From Christensenellales bacterium (GTDB lineage: Bacteria > Bacillota > Clostridia > Christensenellales > UMGS416), in assembly GCA_050948665.1 (NCBI GenBank), contig JBMNEH010000001.1, positions 1,403,813 to 1,467,812 on the forward strand: 64,000 bases of DNA, written 5' to 3'. Under the pieces are notes generated by a model, which did no database searches, was not told the origin of the DNA, and was given only the letters and a program-made list of their open reading frames with translations. The position numbers were made by a program, and so were the translations under genes. This document shows, piece after piece, positions 1-8,461 of the stretch. Position 1 is the stretch's first letter, and each line of letters opens with the position of its first letter.

Positions 1-1
1 C

Positions 2-1746
2 AACGGTGATGGTTTCGCACGTGAAGATATACCTATGGCGCTCACACGCCACGCTACGAGCAAACTAAGAAAGATAGAAGACTTGGAACACATCGCATCA
101 TATGGTTTTCGGGGTGAAGCCCTTTATTCCATAGCAGCGGTAAGTAAAACAGAATTAATCACCAAACGACCTAAAGACAGTGTAGGTTCCAGAATCTATA
201 TAGAAGGCGGCATCATGAAACCTATACAGGACGCCGGCTGCCCTAACGGAAGTACGCTTATCATACGCGATCTATTTTATAACGTACCTGCCAGACGAAA
301 GTTTTTGAAGTCCAAAGCGGCAGAAACGGGGCAGATATCCGTTGTGGTTTCCAGAATGATATTGGCAAATACGCATGTTTCTTTCAGATTGATTCAGCAT
401 GGCAAATATATATACAATAGTCCGGGAGACGGAAACCTAACGCATGCGGTACTTTCAGTATTCGGTAAGGAAACCGGAGAAGCTCTTTTCCCGGTGGATG
501 AGCGAGCAGGCAACATCGCCATACATGGCTGTTTGGGAAAACCAAATATTGCCCGGAACAACAGAAGGCAAGAGATATTTTTTGTTAACAACAGATGGAT
601 TCAGAACAGCCGAATAGAGTGGGCGGTTGAGCAAGCTTATGGTACGGCACTTATGCAGCACCGGTTTCCTTTCTGCATTCTTTAAATTGAGATTCCACAG
701 GATCAAATTGATATAAATGTACATCCTAACAAGACACAGATACGGTTTATGCAGGAAAGCGAGACAATACAAATACTATTACGCCTGTTACGCAACGCAG
801 TCAATAAGATGATGGGCTCTCCGGCCGTCTATTCTGTACCTGTAAACTCAGAATTCGAGGAAAAAATTCTTTCACATAACAAGCGCCTGTAATCAAACCC
901 ATTCCATTGCAAAGCAATACTGCAAATCCGGAAGAAACAACAACTTTTCGAACAGCGTATGCTTCAATAGAACGACCAGAAAGTCATACCGGAAGCAACA
1001 CATCTTCTGCGTACCGTGAGGCTGTTTTAAATAAAGATAAAATCAGACCTTACAACTACCGTGAAGTGCTGAAAAACACTTCAAAAAACGCCGCTCCGCT
1101 GTTTCTGCGACAGGACATGTCCATTAAGGAGCCCGAGCAAACCAGTTTTTCCAATCAACTCCCTGATGAAAGCAAAATTCGTGTGCTTGGAACGCTTTTT
1201 TCCACGTATCTTTTGCTACAAGCAGAAAACACATTTTTAATTATTGATCAACACGCAGCACATGAACGCTTGCTATACGATCGATACTGCGCTTCCGTAA
1301 GCCATGGAGTCTCATTATCACAGCAATTATTGATACCACAGATAATTGAGGTTACATATGATGAGAAACTGATTATCGAGGAAAAAAAAGATCTGCTCAT
1401 TCGATCCGGTTTTGAATTAGAAGAATACGGAAGGCTGTCATACCAGATTCGCGCAGTACCTCAAGTATTCGGACAGGCTCAGGCACAATATATCGTAATA
1501 TATATATTGCGGATGCTTCAAAAAGAGGGGAAGGGAACAGATGAGGACGTTCTGGCGAGAATTGCCCAAACGGCCTGTAAACACGCAATTAAAGCAGGAG
1601 ATGAACTGGATTCTCGACAGATTCAAATTCTTTATCGTCAAATAATTGAGGAGGGCGTTTCGTTGACTTGTCCGCATGGTAGACCAATCTGCATACAAAT
1701 AACCAAAACGCAAATTGAAAAAATGTTCATGCGTATTCAGCCATGA
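2..1746 (+). pseudogene. mutL: DNA mismatch repair protein MutL, disrupted (5' end lies outside the window)
   Basis: MutL motifs run throughout: GFRGEALYSIAAVS (ATPase region), INVHPNKTQIRF, and the C-terminal DQHAAHERLLY, ACKHAIKAG and CPHGRP. Frame 2 enters from upstream and meets an in-frame TAA at 683-685. The sequence reads CIL*IEIPQDQIDINVHPNK in the same frame, which then ends at 890-892. The C-terminal domain is in frame 1, open only from 880, so a frameshift lies at about 880-892. Confidence 0.8.
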
Positions 1747-2675
1747 ACAAGCCTATAATAGCCGTAGTTGGGGCTACCGCTTCCGGAAAAAGTGCTTTAT
1801 CTGTTCAACTTGCAAAAAAACACAATGGGGTTGTGATATCCGCAGATTCTATGCAGGTTTATAAAGGCATGGATATCGGTACAGGTAAAGTTACGGAAGA
1901 AGAAAAAGAAGAAATTCCGCATTTTATGATAGATGTCGTGAGTCCCATGTCTCCCTATAATGTGGCAATGTATCGTGACATGGCAAAAAAAATAATCGAA
2001 CAGACTTATTCAAGGAATCAAATACCTATTATATGCGGCGGAACAGGACTGTACGTCAACGCACTACTCTACCCTATGGGATTGACGGGAAAAGAGAGTA
2101 CCCTGGCCAGCAGGGAAAAATGGCAGTGTCGTCTCAAAACACTGGGTGCGGATGGGTTACATCAGTTACTATCAGAGATGAATCCCACGGTTGCAGAGAA
2201 GATACACCCAAACAACACGCGAAGAGTTATCAGGGCACTGGAGATTATTGAGAATGGGGGAGAAGAATCTGAAGCTCTGGCAGAAGCCGCTTATGTCCGA
2301 CGTGATTTTTCCTATAGAAATACAGTCATAATTGGCTTACGATGGCAACGTGCCGAATTGCGACAGCGGATTTTTAAGCGAGTTGATCTCATGCTTCGAT
2401 CCGGCCTTCTGGACGAAACAAGAGCCTTACTTTCACAAGGAGTAGACCCCGGAGGAACAGCAATGCAAGGGTTAGGATATAAACAGCTCATACCCGTGAT
2501 TTTTGGCACGGCTTCTCTGGCTCAGGCAACAGAAGAGATAAAACTCAGAACTTGCCAATATGCAAAACGACAATTATCTTGGTTCCGCAGGGAGAAAAGG
2601 ACCGTCTGGCTGGATTGCGACGGGAAAACCACAGAGAAGCTTGTGCGCGAAGCGGAGGCTGTAATAGATGGATGA
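1743..2675 (+). CDS. miaA: tRNA dimethylallyltransferase MiaA
   Basis: P-loop GATASGKSALS, SADSMQVYKGMDIGTGK and a typical MiaA length. The start overlaps the mutL stop (ATGA). Confidence 0.93.
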   Translation: MNKPIIAVVGATASGKSALSVQLAKKHNGVVISADSMQVYKGMDIGTGKVTEEEKEEIPHFMIDVVSPMSPYNVAMYRDMAKKIIEQTYSRNQIPIICGGTGLYVNALLYPMGLTGKESTLASREKWQCRLKTLGADGLHQLLSEMNPTVAEKIHPNNTRRVIRALEIIENGGEESEALAEAAYVRRDFSYRNTVIIGLRWQRAELRQRIFKRVDLMLRSGLLDETRALLSQGVDPGGTAMQGLGYKQLIPVIFGTASLAQATEEIKLRTCQYAKRQLSWFRREKRTVWLDCDGKTTEKLVREAEAVIDG

Positions 2676-3915
2676 ATCCTACGTACATGTATTGATTAAA
2701 GATGCAGAGGACACTCTGCAGCCCTATTTTAAGAAAATAGAAGAGAATGCATTAAAACGACAAAAAGAAGTTCTTCTGGCTTTTCGCCAACAACAGGTAG
2801 AGGCACGGCATTTCTCCGGGACAAACGGATACGGTTATGACGACATTGGAAGAGATAAATTAGAGTATTTGCTGGCGGATATTATGAAGGCAGAGTCCGC
2901 ATTGGTTCGTCCTGGAATTGCATCCGGTACGCACGCTTTATGTCTGGCATTGTTTGGTGTACTTCGACCTGGCGACACCATTCTATCCGTTTCAGGCGCG
3001 CCTTATGATACCCTTGCTTCAATCATCGGATTAAATGGAAAAGAAGGAATGGGTTCTCTTCGCGAATGGGGTGTGGGTTATTCACAGTTAGAGTTACTGG
3101 AAGATAACGGACTCCCTGATATAGACGCAATACTTTATAAATTACAACAGGATACATCTATACGTATGGTATACTTACAACGCTCCCGGGGTTATTCCTT
3201 GAGAAGCGCAATTTCCACAGAGGATATGCGAGAGTTGTTTAGTACAATACGTAAATCAGCTCCTGGTGTAATCATCATGGTAGACAATTGCTACGGTGAG
3301 TTTGTGGAAGCGGAGGAGCCCATTGCTGTTGGTGCTGACCTTATGGCAGGGTCCTTTATAAAAAATCCCGGAGGAGGCATTGCTCCTTCTGGTGGTTACA
3401 TTTGTGGGAAGAAGGTTCTTATAGAGCAAGTCGCAAGTAGACTTACTGCCCCTGGTATTGGTGCGGAAGTAGGTTCCTATGAAGCCGGATACCGTGCATT
3501 TTACCAAGGGTTATTCTTAGCTCCTCACATGGTCTCTCAAGCTATAAAGGGGGCAGTATTAGCTGCAAAACTATACGCAGATCTTGGGTATGACGTTTCT
3601 CCAGCATGGGATGCCCATAGGGGAGACATAATCCAGGCAATTGCACTAAATAACAGAGATCGGTTGATTCGTTTCTGTAAAGCAATACAATCAGCCTCGC
3701 CAATAGACAGCCATCTGACGCCTGAACCGTGGGCAATGCCCGGTTATCGGGACGAGGTAATTATGGCTGCAGGAACATTTGTTCAGGGGGCAACGTTGGA
3801 GCTTAGTGTAGATGCGCCGGTAAAGCCGCCTTATGTCTTGTATATGCAAGGCGGTCTTACATATGAACATTGCAAACTTGCTATAACTGAAACGCTACTC
3901 AACGAAACTTTCTGA
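2668..3915 (+). CDS. Methionine gamma-lyase family / aluminium-resistance (YnbB-like) PLP enzyme
   Basis: 415 aa in the conserved position after mutL-miaA. The start overlaps the miaA stop. Sequence resembles the Cys/Met-metabolism PLP family as recalled (GIASGTHAL..., NPGGGIAPSGGY). Confidence 0.75.
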   Translation: MDESYVHVLIKDAEDTLQPYFKKIEENALKRQKEVLLAFRQQQVEARHFSGTNGYGYDDIGRDKLEYLLADIMKAESALVRPGIASGTHALCLALFGVLRPGDTILSVSGAPYDTLASIIGLNGKEGMGSLREWGVGYSQLELLEDNGLPDIDAILYKLQQDTSIRMVYLQRSRGYSLRSAISTEDMRELFSTIRKSAPGVIIMVDNCYGEFVEAEEPIAVGADLMAGSFIKNPGGGIAPSGGYICGKKVLIEQVASRLTAPGIGAEVGSYEAGYRAFYQGLFLAPHMVSQAIKGAVLAAKLYADLGYDVSPAWDAHRGDIIQAIALNNRDRLIRFCKAIQSASPIDSHLTPEPWAMPGYRDEVIMAAGTFVQGATLELSVDAPVKPPYVLYMQGGLTYEHCKLAITETLLNETF

Positions 3916-4531
3916 AAAGCCCAGATACCTTTCCGATAATTTTCACTACATTTACGGGCAAAAGAATGGGTTCCATAGAAGAATTTTCCGGCTGCAAACG
4001 TACGGTTCGCGTTTTCATTTGAAGATAGAAACGTTTCACTGTGGCTTCCTCTCCAATAAGCGCTACAACAATATCTCCGTCATCGGCATAATCCTGCCGA
4101 CGTATAATGATATAATCGCCGTCAAATATACCGGCGCCAATCATAGAGTCTCCCTTAACTTCGAGAATAAAAGAGTTTTCATCACGAATCAATGAGGTAG
4201 GGAAGGGGAGATATTCCTCAATATTCTCTTGGGCAAGAATCGGTTTCCCGGCAGTAACTTTTCCTATAACCGGAACGGAAATAGAGTTGTTGCGCGCAAT
4301 AAATTTCTCCTCAACTATACTTATTGCTCGAGTTCGGGAAGCATCTCTCTTAATTAGGCCCCTTTTCTCCAACCGACGCAGATGCCCATGAGCGGTTGAA
4401 GTAGAACTGATCCCCACGGCATCGCAAATTTCCCGTACAGTGGGGGGGTACCCCTTTTCTGCCAGACATTCCTGAATGTACTGGTACACTTTCTGTTGTT
4501 GGCCGCTTAGGCCTCCCGATGATGTTCCCAT
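3899..4531 (-). CDS. lexA: LexA repressor
   Basis: Winged-helix N-terminus (GYPPTVREICDAVGISSTSTAHGHLRRLEKRGLI), an AG cleavage site (VTAGKP), and catalytic Ser (GDSM) and Lys (ATVKRF). Start moved to the ATG at 4531, preceded by AAAGGAGGT; the ORF-track start at 4585 lies in the promoter. Confidence 0.95.
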   Translation of the reverse strand: MGTSSGGLSGQQQKVYQYIQECLAEKGYPPTVREICDAVGISSTSTAHGHLRRLEKRGLIKRDASRTRAISIVEEKFIARNNSISVPVIGKVTAGKPILAQENIEEYLPFPTSLIRDENSFILEVKGDSMIGAGIFDGDYIIIRRQDYADDGDIVVALIGEEATVKRFYLQMKTRTVRLQPENSSMEPILLPVNVVKIIGKVSGLFRKFR

Positions 4532-4556
4532 AGTCTTACCTCCTTTATTTAGTGAA

Positions 4557-4585
4557 AGTATAATCAATTTACCGAAAAATGTCAA
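4557..4585 (-). promoter_or_regulatory. lexA promoter (TTGACA-17-TATACT)
   Basis: On the minus strand: TTGACA (4585-4580), a 17-nt spacer, TATACT (4562-4557). It lies about 25 nt upstream of the lexA RBS. Confidence 0.7.
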
Positions 4586-4606
4586 ACATTTGTTCGTATT
4601 TGTTCG
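4583..4606. promoter_or_regulatory. LexA operator (Gram-positive SOS/Cheo box) with a tandem half-site repeat
   Basis: The minus strand reads CGAACAAATGTTTG (4596-4583), matching CGAAC-N4-GTTYG and overlapping the lexA -35. The sequence ATTTGTTCG occurs twice in tandem (4588-4596 and 4598-4606). Confidence 0.7.
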
Positions 4607-4623
4607 AAAACAAGGAGTTAATA

Positions 4624-4803
4624 ATGAAAAAATGCATATTATATGACCGTGAATGCATAGAATGCAATGAATGCACGAGATGCGATTTAAACCCGAATAA
4701 AGTATGTGATAATTGTTGTAAATGCCTAGGGGATGAAAGTGTTGGTTACCGCAGCATCCTCATTGATGCAATTCTGGAGGATCCTTCGGAGATTCCGGAT
4801 TAA
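4624..4803 (+). CDS. Small cysteine-rich protein (59 aa, 9 Cys), divergent from lexA
   Basis: ATG at 4624 follows AAGGAG with a 6-nt spacing. Translation: MKKCILYDRECIECNECTRCDLNPNKVCDNCCKCLGDE... A possible TATAAT lies at 4559-4564, which places the SOS box in the 5' UTR. Function unknown. Confidence 0.6.
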   Translation: MKKCILYDRECIECNECTRCDLNPNKVCDNCCKCLGDESVGYRSILIDAILEDPSEIPD

Positions 4804-5851
4804 CAGAGTCAGAATCATCTATCTCACGAGGAGTTAAATCAATAAGATCAGCAGCTAAGCGGCGCTTACGCTCATCAATCGAAGCGTAGTGCCGTTTTGT
4901 CACATTGACATCCTTATGACCCAATACATCTGCTACAAGATAAATGTCTCCGGTTTTTCTGTATAAGTTTGTGCCAAAAGTGCTACGTAATTTATGGGGA
5001 GTAATGTGAGCGGTTATTTGTAATCCTTTTGTATATTTTTCAACTAATTTTTCAACTGCACGGGTCGTAATGCGTCGTTTTTGTAAAGAAAGAAAAAATG
5101 CGCGTTCGTGACCTTTTACAGGAATAATCGACTTCCTTTGCAAATAATATGTATACATCACATCATGTACCTGACGGTTAAAATACAAATACATACTGTC
5201 ACCGCCCTTACGAGTTACAAGAAATCGATTCTCCGAAAAATCAATACTATTTATATCTAAGGATACACATTCAGCGACACGTATACCTGTACCAAGAAGT
5301 AATGTCACAATGGCCGAGTCTCTGACCTGCGTCTTGCGATGAAAGCGTTTTTCATTCTCCGTGAGCGCTTCACCAGTCTCTACAAGAGAAATTAGCCTTT
5401 GTGCATCCGGCATCTCTAAGTAGACAATTGGCTTATCATGCAGTTTTGGTATCTGAATCACAGCTGCAGGATTCTGTGATATGTAACCATGATTTTGAAG
5501 AAATTTAAAGAAAGATCGAAGGGCAATAAGTTTTCGTTTTTTTCCCGAATTTTGATTGCTACGGATGATAACCGGTGCATCTTCGGTTTCAGCCTGATAT
5601 TTATATAAACTTAAATATTCAAGATAATAAGAAATTTCCCTGGATGTAATACTTTTAATATCTTGAAGGTCATAATCTCTTGGCGGCTTATCTGCTAAAC
5701 CTTCACGAGTTTGCTGTAAATACCGGAAAAAAACCCGCAAGTCACAGGCGTAATTTAAGCGAGTAAGCAGCGTTGTCCGCGGTTCGGCATCAATAAAAAA
5801 ATCCATGCATAGCGATGGTAGCTCTGTGAGTACACGCCGGAAATCTTCCAC
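4760..5851 (-). CDS. Tyrosine recombinase, XerC/XerD-like
   Basis: N-terminal SAM-like core-binding region and a C-terminal catalytic domain (TGIRVAE..., HKLRSTFGTNLY..., LGHKDVNVTKRHY). The GTG start at 5851 has no good RBS, so the start is uncertain. The 3' end overlaps the convergent small ORF by 44 nt. Confidence 0.85.
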   Translation of the reverse strand: MEDFRRVLTELPSLCMDFFIDAEPRTTLLTRLNYACDLRVFFRYLQQTREGLADKPPRDYDLQDIKSITSREISYYLEYLSLYKYQAETEDAPVIIRSNQNSGKKRKLIALRSFFKFLQNHGYISQNPAAVIQIPKLHDKPIVYLEMPDAQRLISLVETGEALTENEKRFHRKTQVRDSAIVTLLLGTGIRVAECVSLDINSIDFSENRFLVTRKGGDSMYLYFNRQVHDVMYTYYLQRKSIIPVKGHERAFFLSLQKRRITTRAVEKLVEKYTKGLQITAHITPHKLRSTFGTNLYRKTGDIYLVADVLGHKDVNVTKRHYASIDERKRRLAADLIDLTPREIDDSDSVNPESPKDPPELHQ

Positions 5852-5949
5852 TAAGCGTTCTTGTGCAGTTAACCGTAATTTCTTGTTTTGTATGCTGTGG
5901 ATAACTTTTCACCCCCTTACTATTCGTAAAACATGAGTTTTGCGAATAG

Positions 5950-6417
5950 TTAAATCTCTTCCCTTTTCAGTGGATTTTCTGTGGATAACTCCTTTAATGC
6001 TGTAGTCGCCAATGTGTCACAGCGATTGTTTTCTATATTATCCGCATGACCCTTTACTTTATTCCATATTATGCTGTGCTTTTCAGACTGTTCGAATAAA
6101 GCCAGCCAAAGGTCCTGGTTCTCAACGGGTTTTTTCTTAGATGTTCTCCAACCGTTTTTTCGCCATCGTTGAATCCACTGTTGATTAAACGCATTCACTA
6201 AGTAAGCACTGTCAGAATACAACTGTACCCTGCAAGGCTCTTTCAGTGACGTCAACGCTTCCAATGCAGCAGTAATCTCCATACGATTGTTGGTTGTGTG
6301 CGGATCTGCACCCGATATCTCTTTTCGATGTGTACCATATAATAGAACAGCTCCCCACCCTCCTACCCCGGGGTTGCCAGAGCAGGCGCCATCTGTGTAA
6401 ATCCTGACTTCCTTCAT
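5950..6417 (-). CDS. rnhA: Ribonuclease HI
   Basis: IYTDGACSGNPGVGGWG, NNRMEITAALEAL, SDSAYLVN and GHADNIENNRCD match the RNase H DEDD pattern. Confidence 0.93.
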   Translation of the reverse strand: MKEVRIYTDGACSGNPGVGGWGAVLLYGTHRKEISGADPHTTNNRMEITAALEALTSLKEPCRVQLYSDSAYLVNAFNQQWIQRWRKNGWRTSKKKPVENQDLWLALFEQSEKHSIIWNKVKGHADNIENNRCDTLATTALKELSTENPLKREEI

Positions 6418-6423
6418 AGAGAA

Positions 6424-7239
6424 TTAGCCTTTCTTCACGTCGGAAGCTTTATCCGTAGCTGCAGCGACCGCATCCATCACAACACCATTAAAACCGCCCT
6501 TTTCCAACTCATGAATTCCGGTGATAGTTGTACCACCCGGCGTCATTACCATATCCTTCAGCTGCCCTGGATGAATTCCACTTTCTAATACCATTTTTGC
6601 GGAACCGAGAACAGTACGGGCTGCGAGGCGATAGGATATGTCAGAAGGAATACCTTTGAATAGGCCGCCATTCGCCAAAGCCGTAATAAACTGATATACA
6701 AAAGCCGGTCCGCTTCCACTCAGTCCGGTAACTGCTTCAAAAGATTCCTCCGGAAGCAGAAATATCTCTCCACAGCCTGCAAACAGTCTTTCAGCAAACG
6801 AAAACTCATCATCCCGTAAAGTATGCTGTGCATCCAATACCATACACCCCTCCCCTACCAACGCTGGTGTATTAGGCACAACTCGAAGAATCCGTACATT
6901 TTTATGAAGTTCTTTCAATATATCTTCTTTTGTCCAACCAGTTACAACCGAAATCAAGGCTTTTTGACCAGTCAGGTCATACTGCATAAGTTTAAGAGCA
7001 TCCCGACAGACAAATGGTTTTACCGCAAGCAATATCAAATCCGCCTTCTTGCACAATTCAGACGAACTGGAGCAGGATATGACGCCGAGTTCCGACTCTA
7101 AACGGCCTGTAACTTCAGGGCGTATATCATATACAAAGACATCCTCCGGCGATATAGCCTGGGTATGTAAAGCGCCTTTCAAAATAGCCTGAGCAATATT
7201 TCCACTTCCGATAATACCAAGTTTCTTGTGAGTTTGCAT
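6424..7239 (-). CDS. proC: Pyrroline-5-carboxylate reductase
   Basis: N-terminal GIIGSGNIAQAI Rossmann motif, a C-terminal PGGTTITGIHELEKGG signature, 271 aa. Confidence 0.92.
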   Translation of the reverse strand: MQTHKKLGIIGSGNIAQAILKGALHTQAISPEDVFVYDIRPEVTGRLESELGVISCSSSSELCKKADLILLAVKPFVCRDALKLMQYDLTGQKALISVVTGWTKEDILKELHKNVRILRVVPNTPALVGEGCMVLDAQHTLRDDEFSFAERLFAGCGEIFLLPEESFEAVTGLSGSGPAFVYQFITALANGGLFKGIPSDISYRLAARTVLGSAKMVLESGIHPGQLKDMVMTPGGTTITGIHELEKGGFNGVVMDAVAAATDKASDVKKG

Positions 7240-7261
7240 CTTTCTCTCCTAAAATTTACTG

Positions 7262-7290
7262 TTGACAAAACCGACAAATGCTGTTATAAT
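7262..7290 (+). promoter_or_regulatory. Consensus sigma-A promoter of the tRNA array (TTGACA-17-TATAAT)
   Basis: TTGACA at 7262-7267, a 17-nt spacer, TATAAT at 7285-7290, 18 nt before tRNA-Trp. Confidence 0.85.
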
Positions 7291-7307
7291 TTTGTTCGTT
7301 GCTGTGA

Positions 7308-7383
7308 AGGGGAGTAGCTCAATTGGCAGAGCAACGGTCTCCAAAACCGTAGGTTGCGTGTTCGATTCGCGTCTCCCCTGCCA
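7308..7383 (+). tRNA. tRNA-Trp (CCA)
   Basis: Hand-folded cloverleaf: acceptor AGGGGAG/CTCCCCT, anticodon loop CTCCAAA, TTCGATT T-loop, encoded CCA. Confidence 0.9.
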
Positions 7384-7445
7384 GTTTACACCTTACCATT
7401 GTATCCTACCAATGGATAGTTTGCAAGAAGATTCCATTGAGGGCC

Positions 7446-7474
7446 TTGACAAACTCCTTCCAACATGCTAAAAT
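7446..7474 (+). promoter_or_regulatory. Internal promoter in the Trp-Pro spacer (TTGACA-17-TAAAAT)
   Basis: TTGACA at 7446-7451, a 17-nt spacer, TAAAAT at 7469-7474, inside the 126-nt gap between tRNA-Trp and tRNA-Pro. Confidence 0.7.
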
Positions 7475-7509
7475 CACTGCTGTTGCGCATGATACGCATC
7501 GACGCAAGC

Positions 7510-7585
7510 CGGGGTGTGGCGCAGTTGGTAGCGTGCGTGCTTTGGGAGCATGAGGCCGCGGGTTCAAATCCCGCCACTCCGACCA
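7510..7585 (+). tRNA. tRNA-Pro (TGG)
   Basis: Acceptor CGGGGTG/CACTCCG, anticodon loop CTTTGGGAG with TGG, GGTTCAAATCC T-arm, encoded CCA. Confidence 0.9.
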
Positions 7586-7589
7586 TCAA

Positions 7590-7664
7590 GACCCCTTGGT
7601 CAAGCGGTTAAGACATCGCCCTTTCACGGCGGTAACGGGGGTTCGATTCCCCCAGGGGTCACCA
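7590..7664 (+). tRNA. tRNA-Glu (TTC)
   Basis: GACCCCTTGGTCAAGCGGTTAAGAC..., anticodon loop CTTTCAC, encoded CCA, 75 nt. Confidence 0.9.
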
Positions 7665-7673
7665 TTTTGGTTT

Positions 7674-7750
<77 letters not shown>

Positions 7751-7759
7751 TCATTTTCC

Positions 7760-7836
7760 GGTCCGGTAGTTCAGCTGGTTAGAACGCTAGCCTGTCACGC
7801 TAGAGGTCGTGGGTTCGAGTCCCATTCGGATCGCCA
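7760..7836 (+). tRNA. tRNA-Asp (GTC)
   Basis: Anticodon loop CTGTCAC, GGTTCGAGTCC T-arm, encoded CCA. Confidence 0.9.
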
Positions 7837-7840
7837 GCAA

Positions 7841-7916
7841 GCCTCGGTAGCTCAGTCGGTAGAGCAAGGGACTGAAAATCCCTGTGTCGACAGTTCGATT
7901 CTGTCCTGAGGCACCA
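7841..7916 (+). tRNA. tRNA-Phe (GAA)
   Basis: GCCTCGGTAGCTCAGTCGGTAGAGC..., anticodon loop CTGAAAA, encoded CCA. Confidence 0.9.
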
Positions 7917-7923
7917 TTATTTT

Positions 7924-7999
7924 GCTGGTGTAGCTCAATTGGCAGAGCAGCTGATTTGTAATCAGCAGGTTGCGGGTTCGAGTCCCATCACCAGCTCCA
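7924..7999 (+). tRNA. tRNA-Thr (TGT)
   Basis: Acceptor GCTGGTG/CACCAGC, anticodon loop TTTGTAA, encoded CCA. Confidence 0.9.
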
Positions 8000-8020
8000 C
8001 CAGTTTCTACTTCAGCTTTT

Positions 8021-8105
<85 letters not shown>

Positions 8106-8109
8106 CCAT

Positions 8110-8196
8110 GCGAGAATGGCGGAATTGGCAGACGCGCTAGATTCAGGTTCTAGTGATCGCAAGGTCATGCAGGTTCAAGTCCTGTTTCTCGCACCA
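8110..8196 (+). tRNA. tRNA-Leu (CAG), long variable arm
   Basis: Acceptor GCGAGAA/TTCTCGC, anticodon loop TTCAGGT, class II variable arm, encoded CCA, 87 nt. It begins 4 nt after tRNA-Tyr. Confidence 0.9.
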
Positions 8197-8199
8197 AAT

Positions 8200-8243
8200 A
8201 AACACTGTTTAATGCATCATGTGTTAAACAGTGTTTTGTTTTC
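8200..8243 (+). terminator. Rho-independent terminator of the tRNA array
   Basis: A 13-bp stem AAACACTGTTTAA / TTAAACAGTGTTT (8200-8212 and 8224-8236) followed by TGTTTT. Confidence 0.85.
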
Positions 8244-8461
8244 AGGAAATATTCAAATTGTCAGTTATTTGATATCTATTAACGACAACTGCGCCTATCT
8301 ATCCTAAACATATTATCGGCTATAATGTAACTCTCATTAAACTTAAACACCGGATTGCGATGGCAATCTGTATTTGTCAATCTGAGGCCTGCATTACTTC
8401 AGTATTTCATGAGATTCCCTAAAAGCATTCTAGTTTACATTCAAAAACAGACATAGCCGCC

